DNA of 42,576 bases from Candidatus Hermodarchaeota archaeon (GCA_016840065.1 JAEOTB010000006.1:1-42576), one strand, 5' to 3'. Counted from the first letter of the stretch, positions 19,324 to 27,706 are shown. Numbers and translations are program-made. Notes: generated by a model from the sequence alone, not told the origin.

Positions 19324-20214
19324 ATGACTAGTACAAGAGGTCGACTTGGAAAGGGTCCACTAGCACTATTGTGGTTGGCTGTCAGTGTATATCTCCTTAC
19401 TTCTCCATCCCTTCCTGTTGCATGTTATACTCCCATCCTGGGTCACCAGACCCATTATGATTATGGTTTCATCAATACGGGAGTGAATCTAACAGCGGAC
19501 GATATCAATTTCTGGACTGGATTATCTCTCTCTGAGAGCAATTATACGATGCGTTGGCATCAACATGTCAACCTAACAATATCTGTTATCTCTACAAGCC
19601 CCGCAACAGCAGATTACAGATACAATGTAACAATTCTCAACAACGTTGTCACAATATCGAATACCTCCTGGGAATCAGGGGATGTTATATTAAACGCGTC
19701 AGTATCAACCCCCTCACCGACAGTGCTTGACAATGGAACACATCAATATCCCATTGGCAGCGGATTACCTGACTTCTTCCTTGATGACACAACCCTAGCG
19801 AGTATCACAATGGGGAACAATGTAATGATAGGCAACAGCCTCTGGGAGACTATCACAAACACTACATTCACTCTAGGGGAAAGCACCGAGGCCTGCTATC
19901 AACTACAAAACACTACCACAATAGCAAATACACGTTACGAAACTCGACAAGTCATCGACCAAGATGTTGGAATTTATTACTCAAACAATGAAACCAGAAT
20001 CCTCAGCTATGGAGCGCTCCAAGGAATCATTACATACTATTACAGAGTGGTCGCAACAAACATTCCACTGTTTCCTCCCCCCAATCCACTAATAACCATC
20101 TTGATTATAGTCCTAATTGCTGTAATTATCATTACCGTGATAATATTGCTTTGGCACTATATATCCCGTAGACGTAGACGCGTCCAGCTTCCCCCTCAAC
20201 CTGAACCCAGCTAG
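19324..20214 (+). CDS. Type I membrane surface glycoprotein
   Basis: Signal-like N-terminus from ATG 19324; about 10 N-x-S/T sequons; C-terminal TM followed by RRRRR. Confidence 0.75.
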   Translation: MTSTRGRLGKGPLALLWLAVSVYLLTSPSLPVACYTPILGHQTHYDYGFINTGVNLTADDINFWTGLSLSESNYTMRWHQHVNLTISVISTSPATADYRYNVTILNNVVTISNTSWESGDVILNASVSTPSPTVLDNGTHQYPIGSGLPDFFLDDTTLASITMGNNVMIGNSLWETITNTTFTLGESTEACYQLQNTTTIANTRYETRQVIDQDVGIYYSNNETRILSYGALQGIITYYYRVVATNIPLFPPPNPLITILIIVLIAVIIITVIILLWHYISRRRRRVQLPPQPEPS

Positions 20215-20299
20215 GCCAAATGAGGGTGTGCTAATTCCAGGGCATAGGATGAGTTAACAGACCGGTGAAAAGCGTTTTATGTTATCTAATACCTAAAGA

Positions 20300-21343
20300 G
20301 TGCGAGATTCACCAATGATCCACTATATCTACATGTTTCATAGAAGCGGACTCAATCTGACTAGTGTTAAGTTAAGCGAGCGGGATATGAAGATTAGTCC
20401 TGACCTGGTATCCGGATTCCTGTCAGCGCTACGTATGTTCGGACAGGACCTTCTTTCTGATGACATAACATCTATTGAAACAGGTAGTTTCCAGTTCGCA
20501 TGGGACGAGTCCAATCCTATTCTCTGTGTAGCACTTATGGACCGAGAAGACGATGAAGTGGCAGTGCTCGCAGTTCTAAAGACATTGAACGCTCTTTTCC
20601 TAGAAAGATTCAAACAGAATCTGCAACGGTGGACTGGTGAAGTCGCTTCATTCAGGGCGTTTGATTCAGTGGTGCGGGAGGTCGTTCAAGATTATCTACC
20701 CAGTTTCGAGGAAACTCCTGGGGGAGAAAGAATACAACCTGCTGTACTACAACTCTGGGGTTTGTTTGGTACGGGACTTGATATCATAGTCTATGGTTTA
20801 GTGGCTAGTGTGCCTATTTTGGTAATCGGACATAAAGCACATAACCAACGAGTCATCAATGCTCTCCGAACGTTACAAAAACGTAGGATACCAGTAATGT
20901 TTTTCGATGATGCTAGTGCCGCGCTCCAGGTGCTTCGTGACCAATCCTCATCCCTTTCCTTCATACTGAGCCTCCCGCCCAGAGCATATCAATCCACCTT
21001 CGAGAAGGAGTCACAAGAAGATCTCACCTACGTCGGTATCTTTGTTGAAATGGAAAAGGTCACCGCCGTCGGCTTTTCACCTACCTCGCTTGGAATTGCT
21101 ACAACAATCGAAAAGGCAACTGACTCTACCACCAAAGAGGAGGGGCAGCTCATTGCAGAGAGCGCGTTTCAAATCTTTCGTAATCGAGTCAATGAAGTAG
21201 GCCAATTACTCTCCATCAATCCTAACCTTCCAGACAACGAGGCAGCAAAACTACTTCGGTTGAACCAAGAAGAATATAAAATCTTAAAAGACCTCGCCCA
21301 ACGGGGAGGGCACATTCAAGGTGCCAGAAGAACAACCAAGTGA
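20300..21343 (+). CDS. Longin-domain protein with a DENN-like C-terminal region
   Basis: IHYIYMFHRSGLNL...DLVSGFLSAL..FG...I.SIE...F.E.F...L..WTGEV..F..F longin pattern; later IVYGLVASVPILVIG segment. Confidence 0.75.
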   Translation: MRDSPMIHYIYMFHRSGLNLTSVKLSERDMKISPDLVSGFLSALRMFGQDLLSDDITSIETGSFQFAWDESNPILCVALMDREDDEVAVLAVLKTLNALFLERFKQNLQRWTGEVASFRAFDSVVREVVQDYLPSFEETPGGERIQPAVLQLWGLFGTGLDIIVYGLVASVPILVIGHKAHNQRVINALRTLQKRRIPVMFFDDASAALQVLRDQSSSLSFILSLPPRAYQSTFEKESQEDLTYVGIFVEMEKVTAVGFSPTSLGIATTIEKATDSTTKEEGQLIAESAFQIFRNRVNEVGQLLSINPNLPDNEAAKLLRLNQEEYKILKDLAQRGGHIQGARRTTK

Positions 21344-21863
21344 GAAAGAAGAGAGAATACCTCCTGATCTCGCTATCGCATTACGAGACCTCCCTGAACG
21401 CTTCTTTGAGCTTATGACTTCAGGCAGCAGGTTGGCAAAACAAGGGGAGATATCAGAAGCATTGAACCAATTCATGGAGGCTCGGAGAGAAGGTGCTCGC
21501 GTTCTGAGGAAACTCCTTGAAATCCCCAAGACCAGCAGTGAAATTCAGTGGCAGGTACTAACACTGCTTTGGGCCTTTAAACTAGTAAAGAGCCTTTTCT
21601 TCTGGGCTTTAGCAGGTGCTGAAACTTCCGAGTCAGAGGAACATCGAAGAAACTTCCTACTTGCTGCTGCTGGTGTCCAGCTTGTTGGAAAGGATATTGC
21701 TTCTTCCTTTTCGGAGCTTCACCTGCACCTAAAGAGTCATGACAGGGAACTCCTCTATCTATTGAATGAAGCAGTCAACAATTATCAGGAACGCCAACGT
21801 TTACTTGAACACCTGTTAAAGGAGCTGGGAATCAGTTTTTCCACGCTTTTCGGTGAATCTTGA
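21321..21863 (+). CDS. Helical-bundle hypothetical protein, coupled to the longin gene
   Basis: GTG start overlaps the upstream gene by 23 nt; amphipathic helices with a TPR/MIT-like QGEISEALNQFMEA segment. Confidence 0.7.
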   Translation: MPEEQPSEKEERIPPDLAIALRDLPERFFELMTSGSRLAKQGEISEALNQFMEARREGARVLRKLLEIPKTSSEIQWQVLTLLWAFKLVKSLFFWALAGAETSESEEHRRNFLLAAAGVQLVGKDIASSFSELHLHLKSHDRELLYLLNEAVNNYQERQRLLEHLLKELGISFSTLFGES

Positions 21864-21974
21864 TTAAACCCTGTTAAAATAGGTTAAGGCGCCATTTCAA
21901 GGGATTCAGGCAAAGGCTTTTTACCTAAAACTCCTACAATAAACGGAATAAACCACGCGGTTGGAGGTAAAAAA

Positions 21975-22154
21975 TTGGCCGATTTTATTGTAAAGAAAGC
22001 AGTATCTGATTGGGCTCATAGACAAAAACCAAAACTAAGTGTTTCAAGCGAGACCTACAAGACAATCAATAAACAAGTTGAAGCTATACTAAAAGCAGCA
22101 GCTGCAAGAACAGAAGCAAATAAGAGAAAGACAATAATGCCCCATGATATCTGA
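21975..22154 (+). CDS. Short histone-fold protein, face-to-face / alpha3-truncated type (not in ORF track)
   Basis: TTG start after GGAGGT (21963-21968). 59 aa: MADFIVKKAVSDWAHRQKPKLSVSSETYKTINKQVEAILKAAAARTEANKRKTIMPHDI, ending in the histone RKTxxxxD motif. Confidence 0.9.
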   Translation: MADFIVKKAVSDWAHRQKPKLSVSSETYKTINKQVEAILKAAAARTEANKRKTIMPHDI

Positions 22155-22190
22155 AATAGAGTCTGACCATGAGCAGGCTCTATTCTCCTA

Positions 22191-22197
22191 TTTTTTT
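22191..22197 (+). terminator. Oligo-T archaeal terminator of the histone gene
   Basis: T7 tract about 37 nt after the histone stop codon. Confidence 0.5.
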
Positions 22198-22211
22198 CAG
22201 GAATCATCAGT

Positions 22212-22769
22212 TCAACGTAAACTGAGTATTGCACGGTATGCATATTTACGTAGAATGAGGTAGAGGGAAATAATGGTGCTTACTGCTCCAGTGAGAATAG
22301 AAGAGAAGAAGAGGACCGCGGTTGCTAAACTAAGAGGGCTTGTCAAACGATAGGCGTGAAACTGGAGTGCAGCCAAGATGGCTAATGCAATCGGGGACGC
22401 AATCGGTGAAGCCAGAACTACGGCTGCCGCGCAAATAATCAACACACCAAACAGGACAACTAACCCAGTCAATAGAGGTATCGCAAAAGGATCAAGCCCG
22501 ATTCCAGAGGGCAAGAAAAGTTGATTGATAGTGTCTGCTGTATTGATAAGAAGAACCATCAGTAATGAAGCTGTGGCGGTACACAGAAGCGATGACACAA
22601 ACCAACGGAGCCAAGAAGGGTGGCTCTGATTTATACCAAAAACCTCCAAGAACTGGGCGTTGAAATGGAGAAAACCTTCCAGGCGTCGACTAAGAAGTAT
22701 AATGAAAGATGAACTAGTAAAGAGAAGAGTAGTGATAATCATTAGCAAGAAACGGACAGCTAATTCCAT
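22212..22769 (-). CDS. Hypothetical multi-pass membrane protein
   Basis: About five hydrophobic segments. Confidence 0.7.
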   Translation of the reverse strand: MELAVRFLLMIITTLLFTSSSFIILLSRRLEGFLHFNAQFLEVFGINQSHPSWLRWFVSSLLCTATASLLMVLLINTADTINQLFLPSGIGLDPFAIPLLTGLVVLFGVLIICAAAVVLASPIASPIALAILAALQFHAYRLTSPLSLATAVLFFSSILTGAVSTIISLYLILRKYAYRAILSLR

Positions 22770-22910
22770 TATTTCGAACCTGCCTATGCGTCAATTCTGC
22801 AGGTATTAGTACCTAAAAGGTTGCTGGACATTTATTGATAAACTTCCACTCCTTTTAAAAGGCAAAATGAGTAATACTAAAACACGAAACGCGGACTGGA
22901 GATAATCGGT

Positions 22911-23297
22911 TTGTCAACAACATTAGAATCGCTTAACGAAGCTCTTGAGGAACTCAACGAAACAGGTAGAGTCAGTGCAAGCCTAGTCGCTACTAGTGAG
23001 GGTTTTGTCATTGCCTCGGTCGTGAGAGAAGAAGTCGATGAGACTGTCGCAGCTGCTATGAGTAGCTTCGTGCATAACGCGGCTCAGCGTGCTCGAGAGG
23101 AGATGAAACTAGGTGAGATCCGTGATATTACGATTCGATGCGTAGAGGGTATACTTGTCTGTAAGGGAATCATACTGAGCGATGGTCGTCAGGTGGTCCT
23201 TGCTGCGTTAGTTGCTCCAGATACTAGGTTTTTCATGCGTGCCGTTAATAACGCGGTCCGCAAGATACAAGAACTGCTTCGCAATTTGTACGTTTAA
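22911..23297 (+). CDS. Roadblock/LC7 (MglB/LAMTOR2-like) domain protein
   Basis: L..L....V.AS.V.TSEGFVIAS....DE..AAAMSS....A.....E.KLGEI..I.I....G pattern; GGAG upstream of TTG. Confidence 0.9.
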   Translation: MSTTLESLNEALEELNETGRVSASLVATSEGFVIASVVREEVDETVAAAMSSFVHNAAQRAREEMKLGEIRDITIRCVEGILVCKGIILSDGRQVVLAALVAPDTRFFMRAVNNAVRKIQELLRNLYV

Positions 23298-23323
23298 TAG
23301 TAACATTTCTGGATCGGGAATCC

Positions 23324-24040
23324 TTGGATACGGATAAACTAGCTGTATTTACTGACGCTTCTCATATCCTTGCTCTTCTAAATGTTATCAAAGGAGAGTC
23401 TATCATCGATTTCTCTCAGCTCCCTGAAACCATCCGAAACCCAGATTTCCTATCTGCTCTAGAGGATTCTGGTCTTGTACAACCACTCGATAAACAAAGA
23501 CTACAAATCCCTAAAACCGCAAAGGCACAACTAGCTCTACGAGCCATCGAGCTAGGACAGCCCCAGCGACCAGTGCTCAGCACGCTCAGCTGGTGGGAAT
23601 TCGAGGAATTTATCGCTACCGTTCTTCATCGACACGACTTTACAGTAATTCATGGGTTCCGATTTAAATCGAGGCGTCGCTTCGAAATCGACGTAATAGC
23701 TGCCAAAAAGCCCACAATATTCTGCATTGACTGTAAGCAATATGGCATACGCTCTAGCAAAGCATCTCCCCTCCGGACAGCGGTTGAAGACCAGCTACAA
23801 CGAGTAGAAGCATTGGCAGCCAACTTTGCAGCCCAGCAGGTGAAACTACAATGCCTCGGTTGGCGAACAGCGAATCTTTACCCTCTACTTGTAACAATGC
23901 TTCACGAAGACATCCTCTGGCACAATCAGGTTCCCGTGGTTCCTGCCGCTCAACTCAATACATTCCTTCTTTCCTTCCCTGAGTACTCGGATCGTTTACA
24001 TATTGTCAATCCATCGGCAGGGCGTCAACAAACCCTCTGA
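23324..24040 (+). CDS. Mrr-like PD-(D/E)xK restriction endonuclease-fold protein
   Basis: LSWWEFEEFIA...FEIDVIA...CIDCKQY; short wHTH-like N-terminus. Confidence 0.85.
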   Translation: MDTDKLAVFTDASHILALLNVIKGESIIDFSQLPETIRNPDFLSALEDSGLVQPLDKQRLQIPKTAKAQLALRAIELGQPQRPVLSTLSWWEFEEFIATVLHRHDFTVIHGFRFKSRRRFEIDVIAAKKPTIFCIDCKQYGIRSSKASPLRTAVEDQLQRVEALAANFAAQQVKLQCLGWRTANLYPLLVTMLHEDILWHNQVPVVPAAQLNTFLLSFPEYSDRLHIVNPSAGRQQTL

Positions 24041-24122
24041 TACAAACAATGCGCAATCTTTAATGAAAGAATAGAACTACCTCTATAACGCATCATATTT
24101 TCCACAAATGGTGAAATAAGAA

Positions 24123-24287
24123 ATGGCTGAACGACATATTGAAGAATTAGCTAATCAGATGGGACGCTTATACGACCTCTTCTATTCTCGGATTTACGAT
24201 GTCCTCGGAAGGATATACCAGGAGCTTCGCGAGATTCGCTCAACGCTGAGTGATATTAACAGTAACATAAGAGATATTTCGCGTTAA
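24123..24287 (+). CDS. 54-aa coiled-coil microprotein (not in ORF track)
   Basis: GGTGA upstream of ATG. MAERHIEELANQMGRLYDLFYSRIYDVLGRIYQELREIRSTLSDINSNIRDISR shows regular 3/4 hydrophobic spacing and fills the intergenic gap. Confidence 0.7.
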   Translation: MAERHIEELANQMGRLYDLFYSRIYDVLGRIYQELREIRSTLSDINSNIRDISR

Positions 24288-24300
24288 TCTGAGCTCGATA

Positions 24301-25107
24301 TTAGCAGCGTACTGAGCATCCACGTGATTTGAGGATTTGAATCCATTTCTCAATAGGTGACGGAAGCGTCGACAATGGATTCTTCCTTAGACCTAGATGA
24401 GTAAGCTTGGTTAGCATAACTACACTATTGGGAAGAGTGGATAACTTGTTTTCACTCAACGATAATACTTCAAGGGTTGCTGCTAGGTTACCAATACTTT
24501 CGGGAAGAGAGGTCAATTGGTTTTTGTGTAGGGCCAGTCTCTTGAGCTTAGGCAGGGCTCCTATTTCTTCAGGAATGGACTCTAATTTGTTGATGTAAGC
24601 GGCAAGGTCCCACAGGTTACTGAGTTGTCCAATGCTCTCTGGGAGACTTTCAAGTTCTACATTCATCAGCCCAAGTCGCTTCAACGATTGCAGCTTCCCG
24701 ATACTCTCTGCAAGATAGCGCAGAGGATTCCTGGACAAATCAAATCGCCAGAGTCTGGGTAAGTCACCGATGCTATCAGGGAGTGTACTGATTTGATTGT
24801 TGAATACGTCTAGATTTCCAAGGTACCCGAGATTACCTATGCTCTCTGGGAGTGTTGTAAGCTTGTTGTCACGCAAATACAACTTTTCTAGATACTCAAG
24901 GCTCCCAATGGTTGTAGGGAGGGTCTGTAGTTCCTTGCGACAAATGCTCAAGCCTGTTACGTGTTGATCTTTGTGAATGAAGCCTGATTTGTAGAAGGCG
25001 ATTCCTTGATTGGGAATCGGTTCACCGATTAGCTCTTCAAGTTCTTGAAGGACCCTTACCTCTTGTTTGTCAAGGGTTACTCCCTGATAGATGGGCATTT
25101 CGTTCAC
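24301..25107 (-). CDS. Leucine-rich repeat protein
   Basis: About eight 23-aa repeats LxxLxLxxNxLxxLPESIGxL. Confidence 0.95.
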   Translation of the reverse strand: MNEMPIYQGVTLDKQEVRVLQELEELIGEPIPNQGIAFYKSGFIHKDQHVTGLSICRKELQTLPTTIGSLEYLEKLYLRDNKLTTLPESIGNLGYLGNLDVFNNQISTLPDSIGDLPRLWRFDLSRNPLRYLAESIGKLQSLKRLGLMNVELESLPESIGQLSNLWDLAAYINKLESIPEEIGALPKLKRLALHKNQLTSLPESIGNLAATLEVLSLSENKLSTLPNSVVMLTKLTHLGLRKNPLSTLPSPIEKWIQILKSRGCSVRC

Positions 25108-25233
25108 TTCGCAGGAAGTAGTCTGTTATCATGTTAAAAGTGAATTCTTTGGGGAATGCTTCAGGGTTTTCACTTTAGTTACTTTTATGTAACAAGTTGA
25201 AATTTAGGAAACATATCTTGTTGTTGATTGAAG

Positions 25234-25524
25234 ATGTCTGAACCCAGAGAATCTCCTGTGTTGCCCAAAATCAGAGTAGAAATCGTCAACATTCTTGGTG
25301 GGGGTGAATGCTCTCGTGGTCATCAGGTTGGTGATGTCTTCCAGTATCCTCGGGACCGTGGAAAGATGTGTCCATCGGCGCTCCAAGTACTGCATCCTTA
25401 CCTGATGATTCTAACCTTTGGTGGTTCCAATATCTACAGACCTGAGGATCCCAATTCATTCTCTGTGAGTTGTCCTGATTCAACTCACCCTGTTGTTTAC
25501 AAGCTCACTCGAATGCCTGAATAG
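25234..25524 (+). CDS. TIGR04076-family small Cys protein
   Basis: C..GH.VGD.F...CP.A...L.P.....GG...CPD...PVV signature. Confidence 0.8.
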   Translation: MSEPRESPVLPKIRVEIVNILGGGECSRGHQVGDVFQYPRDRGKMCPSALQVLHPYLMILTFGGSNIYRPEDPNSFSVSCPDSTHPVVYKLTRMPE

Positions 25525-25548
25525 GGTGGAGTATTTGACAACAACTGG

Positions 25549-25950
25549 CTAGGGTGTAAACCAGCGTTTTGCTTGGTCTATTGCTACCTCCACTGATTCA
25601 GGAACTTCTTCAAAGACCTCAGTCGGGTTCTGGCGAATGGAAAAGATAGCCAGCTCTTTGATAACGTGACCGAACGCCCTTCCCTTCTCAGTAAGATGAT
25701 ACTCCACTAGGATGGGCGTTTTACTCTTAATGACCTTATCAATGAGCTCCGCCTCCATCAGCTCTCTCAGCCTGAGCGAAAGGGTTTTGGTGCTCAATAG
25801 GGGATTCGCCTTCAGGAAATCTGAAAATCGGCTTTTTCCTTGGAAGATATCACGGAGGATGTTGACAGCCCATTTCCTCCCAACCTTATGCAGTGTGACT
25901 TCTACTGGGCAGCGCTTGATGAGTCTGAGTGTCTCCATTTTTGCAACCAT
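25549..25950 (-). CDS. HxlR/DUF24 family winged-helix regulator
   Basis: CPVE..L..VG.KW...ILR...G..RFSD...LS.RLREL...VEY.LTEKG. Confidence 0.92.
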   Translation of the reverse strand: MVAKMETLRLIKRCPVEVTLHKVGRKWAVNILRDIFQGKSRFSDFLKANPLLSTKTLSLRLRELMEAELIDKVIKSKTPILVEYHLTEKGRAFGHVIKELAIFSIRQNPTEVFEEVPESVEVAIDQAKRWFTP

Positions 25951-25979
25951 ATTACCATCTGGTTACAAACCCTTTAAAT

Positions 25980-26012
25980 GTTACATAAAGTAACAATATT
26001 ACCTCGAGTAAC
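25980..26012. promoter_or_regulatory. Tandem palindromic operators [GA]TTAC-N5-GTAAC in the divergent HxlR/SRPBCC promoter
   Basis: gttacataaagtaac (25980-25994) and attacctcgagtaac (25998-26012), just downstream of a CCCTTTAAA TATA-like box. Related gttacttttatgtaac at 25178-25193. Confidence 0.6.
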
Positions 26013-26024
26013 AATTCCTATTGG

Positions 26025-26498
26025 GTGAAAAAAGTGCAGAAAATAATTCACACCTCTACGCGTTTGAAGTGTGGGAGGAAAAGGGCTTTCGAGATGTTTA
26101 CTAACAACGCGCTTCTCGCTTCTTGGTTGACCAATCTCGCAGATGTCGAACCGAGAGTAGGAGGAAAATACGAGTTGTTCTGGGTTCCTGAAGAAAAGGA
26201 GAATAATAGCACAATTGGCTGCAAGATAACCGCCATGGAGCCTAGCAAGCTGCTGGCCTTTGAATGGAAAGGTCCAATATTCTACAAAGAGTTCATGAAC
26301 AAATCCGATCCCTTGACCCATGTAGTCGTCATGTTTCTGGATTGTACTGAACAAGAAGAGTGCACTGAAGTCCATCTCCTGCATTCCGGTTGGCGGCAAG
26401 GAGATAATTGGGAGGAGGCGCGGATGTATTTCGTGAAAGCCTGGGCTAAAGCCTTCAAGGACCTCAAACAACTAGTCGAAACAAGTGCCGCATCATAG
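26025..26498 (+). CDS. SRPBCC/AHSA1 domain protein
   Basis: AFEMFT....LASW.....EPRVGGKY...LAFEW...TEVHLLHSGW...W. Confidence 0.9.
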   Translation: MKKVQKIIHTSTRLKCGRKRAFEMFTNNALLASWLTNLADVEPRVGGKYELFWVPEEKENNSTIGCKITAMEPSKLLAFEWKGPIFYKEFMNKSDPLTHVVVMFLDCTEQEECTEVHLLHSGWRQGDNWEEARMYFVKAWAKAFKDLKQLVETSAAS

Positions 26499-26546
26499 CG
26501 TCCACCTACACTTCACTCGATTGAAGTCAAATCTGTCGGTGCATCA

Positions 26547-27095
26547 TTACAGTTTCGAAATGATTGTTCGAGCGAAGGCCCGAGCATTGTGTAGATCCTT
26601 AGAGTCGGGACGGCTTCTAACTTCTGACAGGTAAGACCGATATTGTTCCTCGGAAGAAATTACCTTGGTACGAATAAACTCTTCAATAGGCGGCGAAGGG
26701 GCGCCCATGCAGTGAAAATACCCCTGAAACTCAATCTGCTTCTCCTGACATGGTGTCTCAAAGGATGCAATGCATTTACCGGCCCAGCGTTGGTATATTT
26801 CTTCTCCTCCCTCGTATTCATCTGGAGCGTAAGTAGCGTGGGTGAAGAAACCAGCTAGCTTGAACCCAGGCGACTTTGGGGCTGCCTTAAGGAATTTCCT
26901 AACGGGCGGTGCCAGATCCGAGCCATGGCACGGTGCACCGAGGAACACTAGCTCATAATCCCTCAGGTCATCGGCGGTTATCTCACTGATTTTACACAAC
27001 CGCACATCGTGCCCGTCTGCTGCTTCATCGTGAATCGCTTGAGCAACCTTCTCAGTATTCCCTGTTTCACTATAATAAGCGACGATGATTCTCAT
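26547..27095 (-). CDS. Flavodoxin family protein
   Basis: YYSETGNTEKVA FMN-binding loop; LVFLGAP. Confidence 0.9.
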   Translation of the reverse strand: MRIIVAYYSETGNTEKVAQAIHDEAADGHDVRLCKISEITADDLRDYELVFLGAPCHGSDLAPPVRKFLKAAPKSPGFKLAGFFTHATYAPDEYEGGEEIYQRWAGKCIASFETPCQEKQIEFQGYFHCMGAPSPPIEEFIRTKVISSEEQYRSYLSEVRSRPDSKDLHNARAFARTIISKL

Positions 27096-27301
27096 AAGAC
27101 CGAATTAGGGGATGTTGTTTTAAACTTAAGGAATCAGGTTTGAGTTCAGATCAATGCCTAGTTTTAATTCGTATTTAGGCTGGTGCTGAGGTGTAAGTCA
27201 ATCTCCTGTAACTCCTTTGGAGTGAGAGGATTCCTGTGATTGGCTTATTCGGGTTACAGGACGCCATCAACTCTAGTGAAACAAGTCAATGTCTATCCTG
27301 C

Positions 27302-27490
27302 TTAATCAGTCTGAGTTAAGGTCAGATCAATCTGCTGCACCCAAGCTCTCAAACATGCTTGGTGTAACTCACACCCATCAGCGCCATCGCATCCAAAGAA
27401 GTCACCAAACTCGCTGCATTGGGGGACCGTACTCGATTGACCGAATCGCCTAGTCTGGGTATGTGACGGTTTTAACAAAGCTTCAGACAT
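27302..27490 (-). CDS. Cys-rich microprotein, paralog 2 (Cx8Cx5Cx5C)
   Basis: AGGAGTGA upstream of ATG 27490; CSEFGDFFGCDGADGCELHQACLRAWVQ aligns with the upstream gene. Confidence 0.75.
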   Translation of the reverse strand: MSEALLKPSHTQTRRFGQSSTVPQCSEFGDFFGCDGADGCELHQACLRAWVQQIDLTLTQTD

Positions 27491-27491
27491 T

Positions 27492-27686
27492 TTAGCACTC
27501 ACTCCTTTCAAAACCCGCTTCTTTGTAACGTAGCAGCCAGTGGTGCAGCTCTAGGTTATACTGCATCCACGCTTGCAAACAGGAATGTTGTAGTTCACAG
27601 CTCGGGAGGTTCTCACAAAAGAAAACCTCGCCATGGTCACTACATTCGGTTTGATTTGGGGCTCGCTCTCTCACAACTTCAGTCAT
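27492..27686 (-). CDS. Cys-rich microprotein, paralog 1 (Cx8Cx5Cx5C)
   Basis: AGGAGTGA ribosome-binding site; CSDHGEVFFCENLPSCELQHSCLQAWMQ. Confidence 0.75.
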   Translation of the reverse strand: MTEVVRERAPNQTECSDHGEVFFCENLPSCELQHSCLQAWMQYNLELHHWLLRYKEAGFERSEC

Positions 27687-27706
27687 TTCTTAATCACTCC
27701 TTTCGA

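Noticed and set aside
22055-22243. 62-aa minus-strand ORF
   Set aside because: Antisense to the histone gene, which has the RBS, motif and terminator.
23324-24040. Restriction-modification or defence island
   Set aside because: Lone Mrr-like nuclease with no methylase or other defence genes adjacent; such genes are common stand-alone in archaea.
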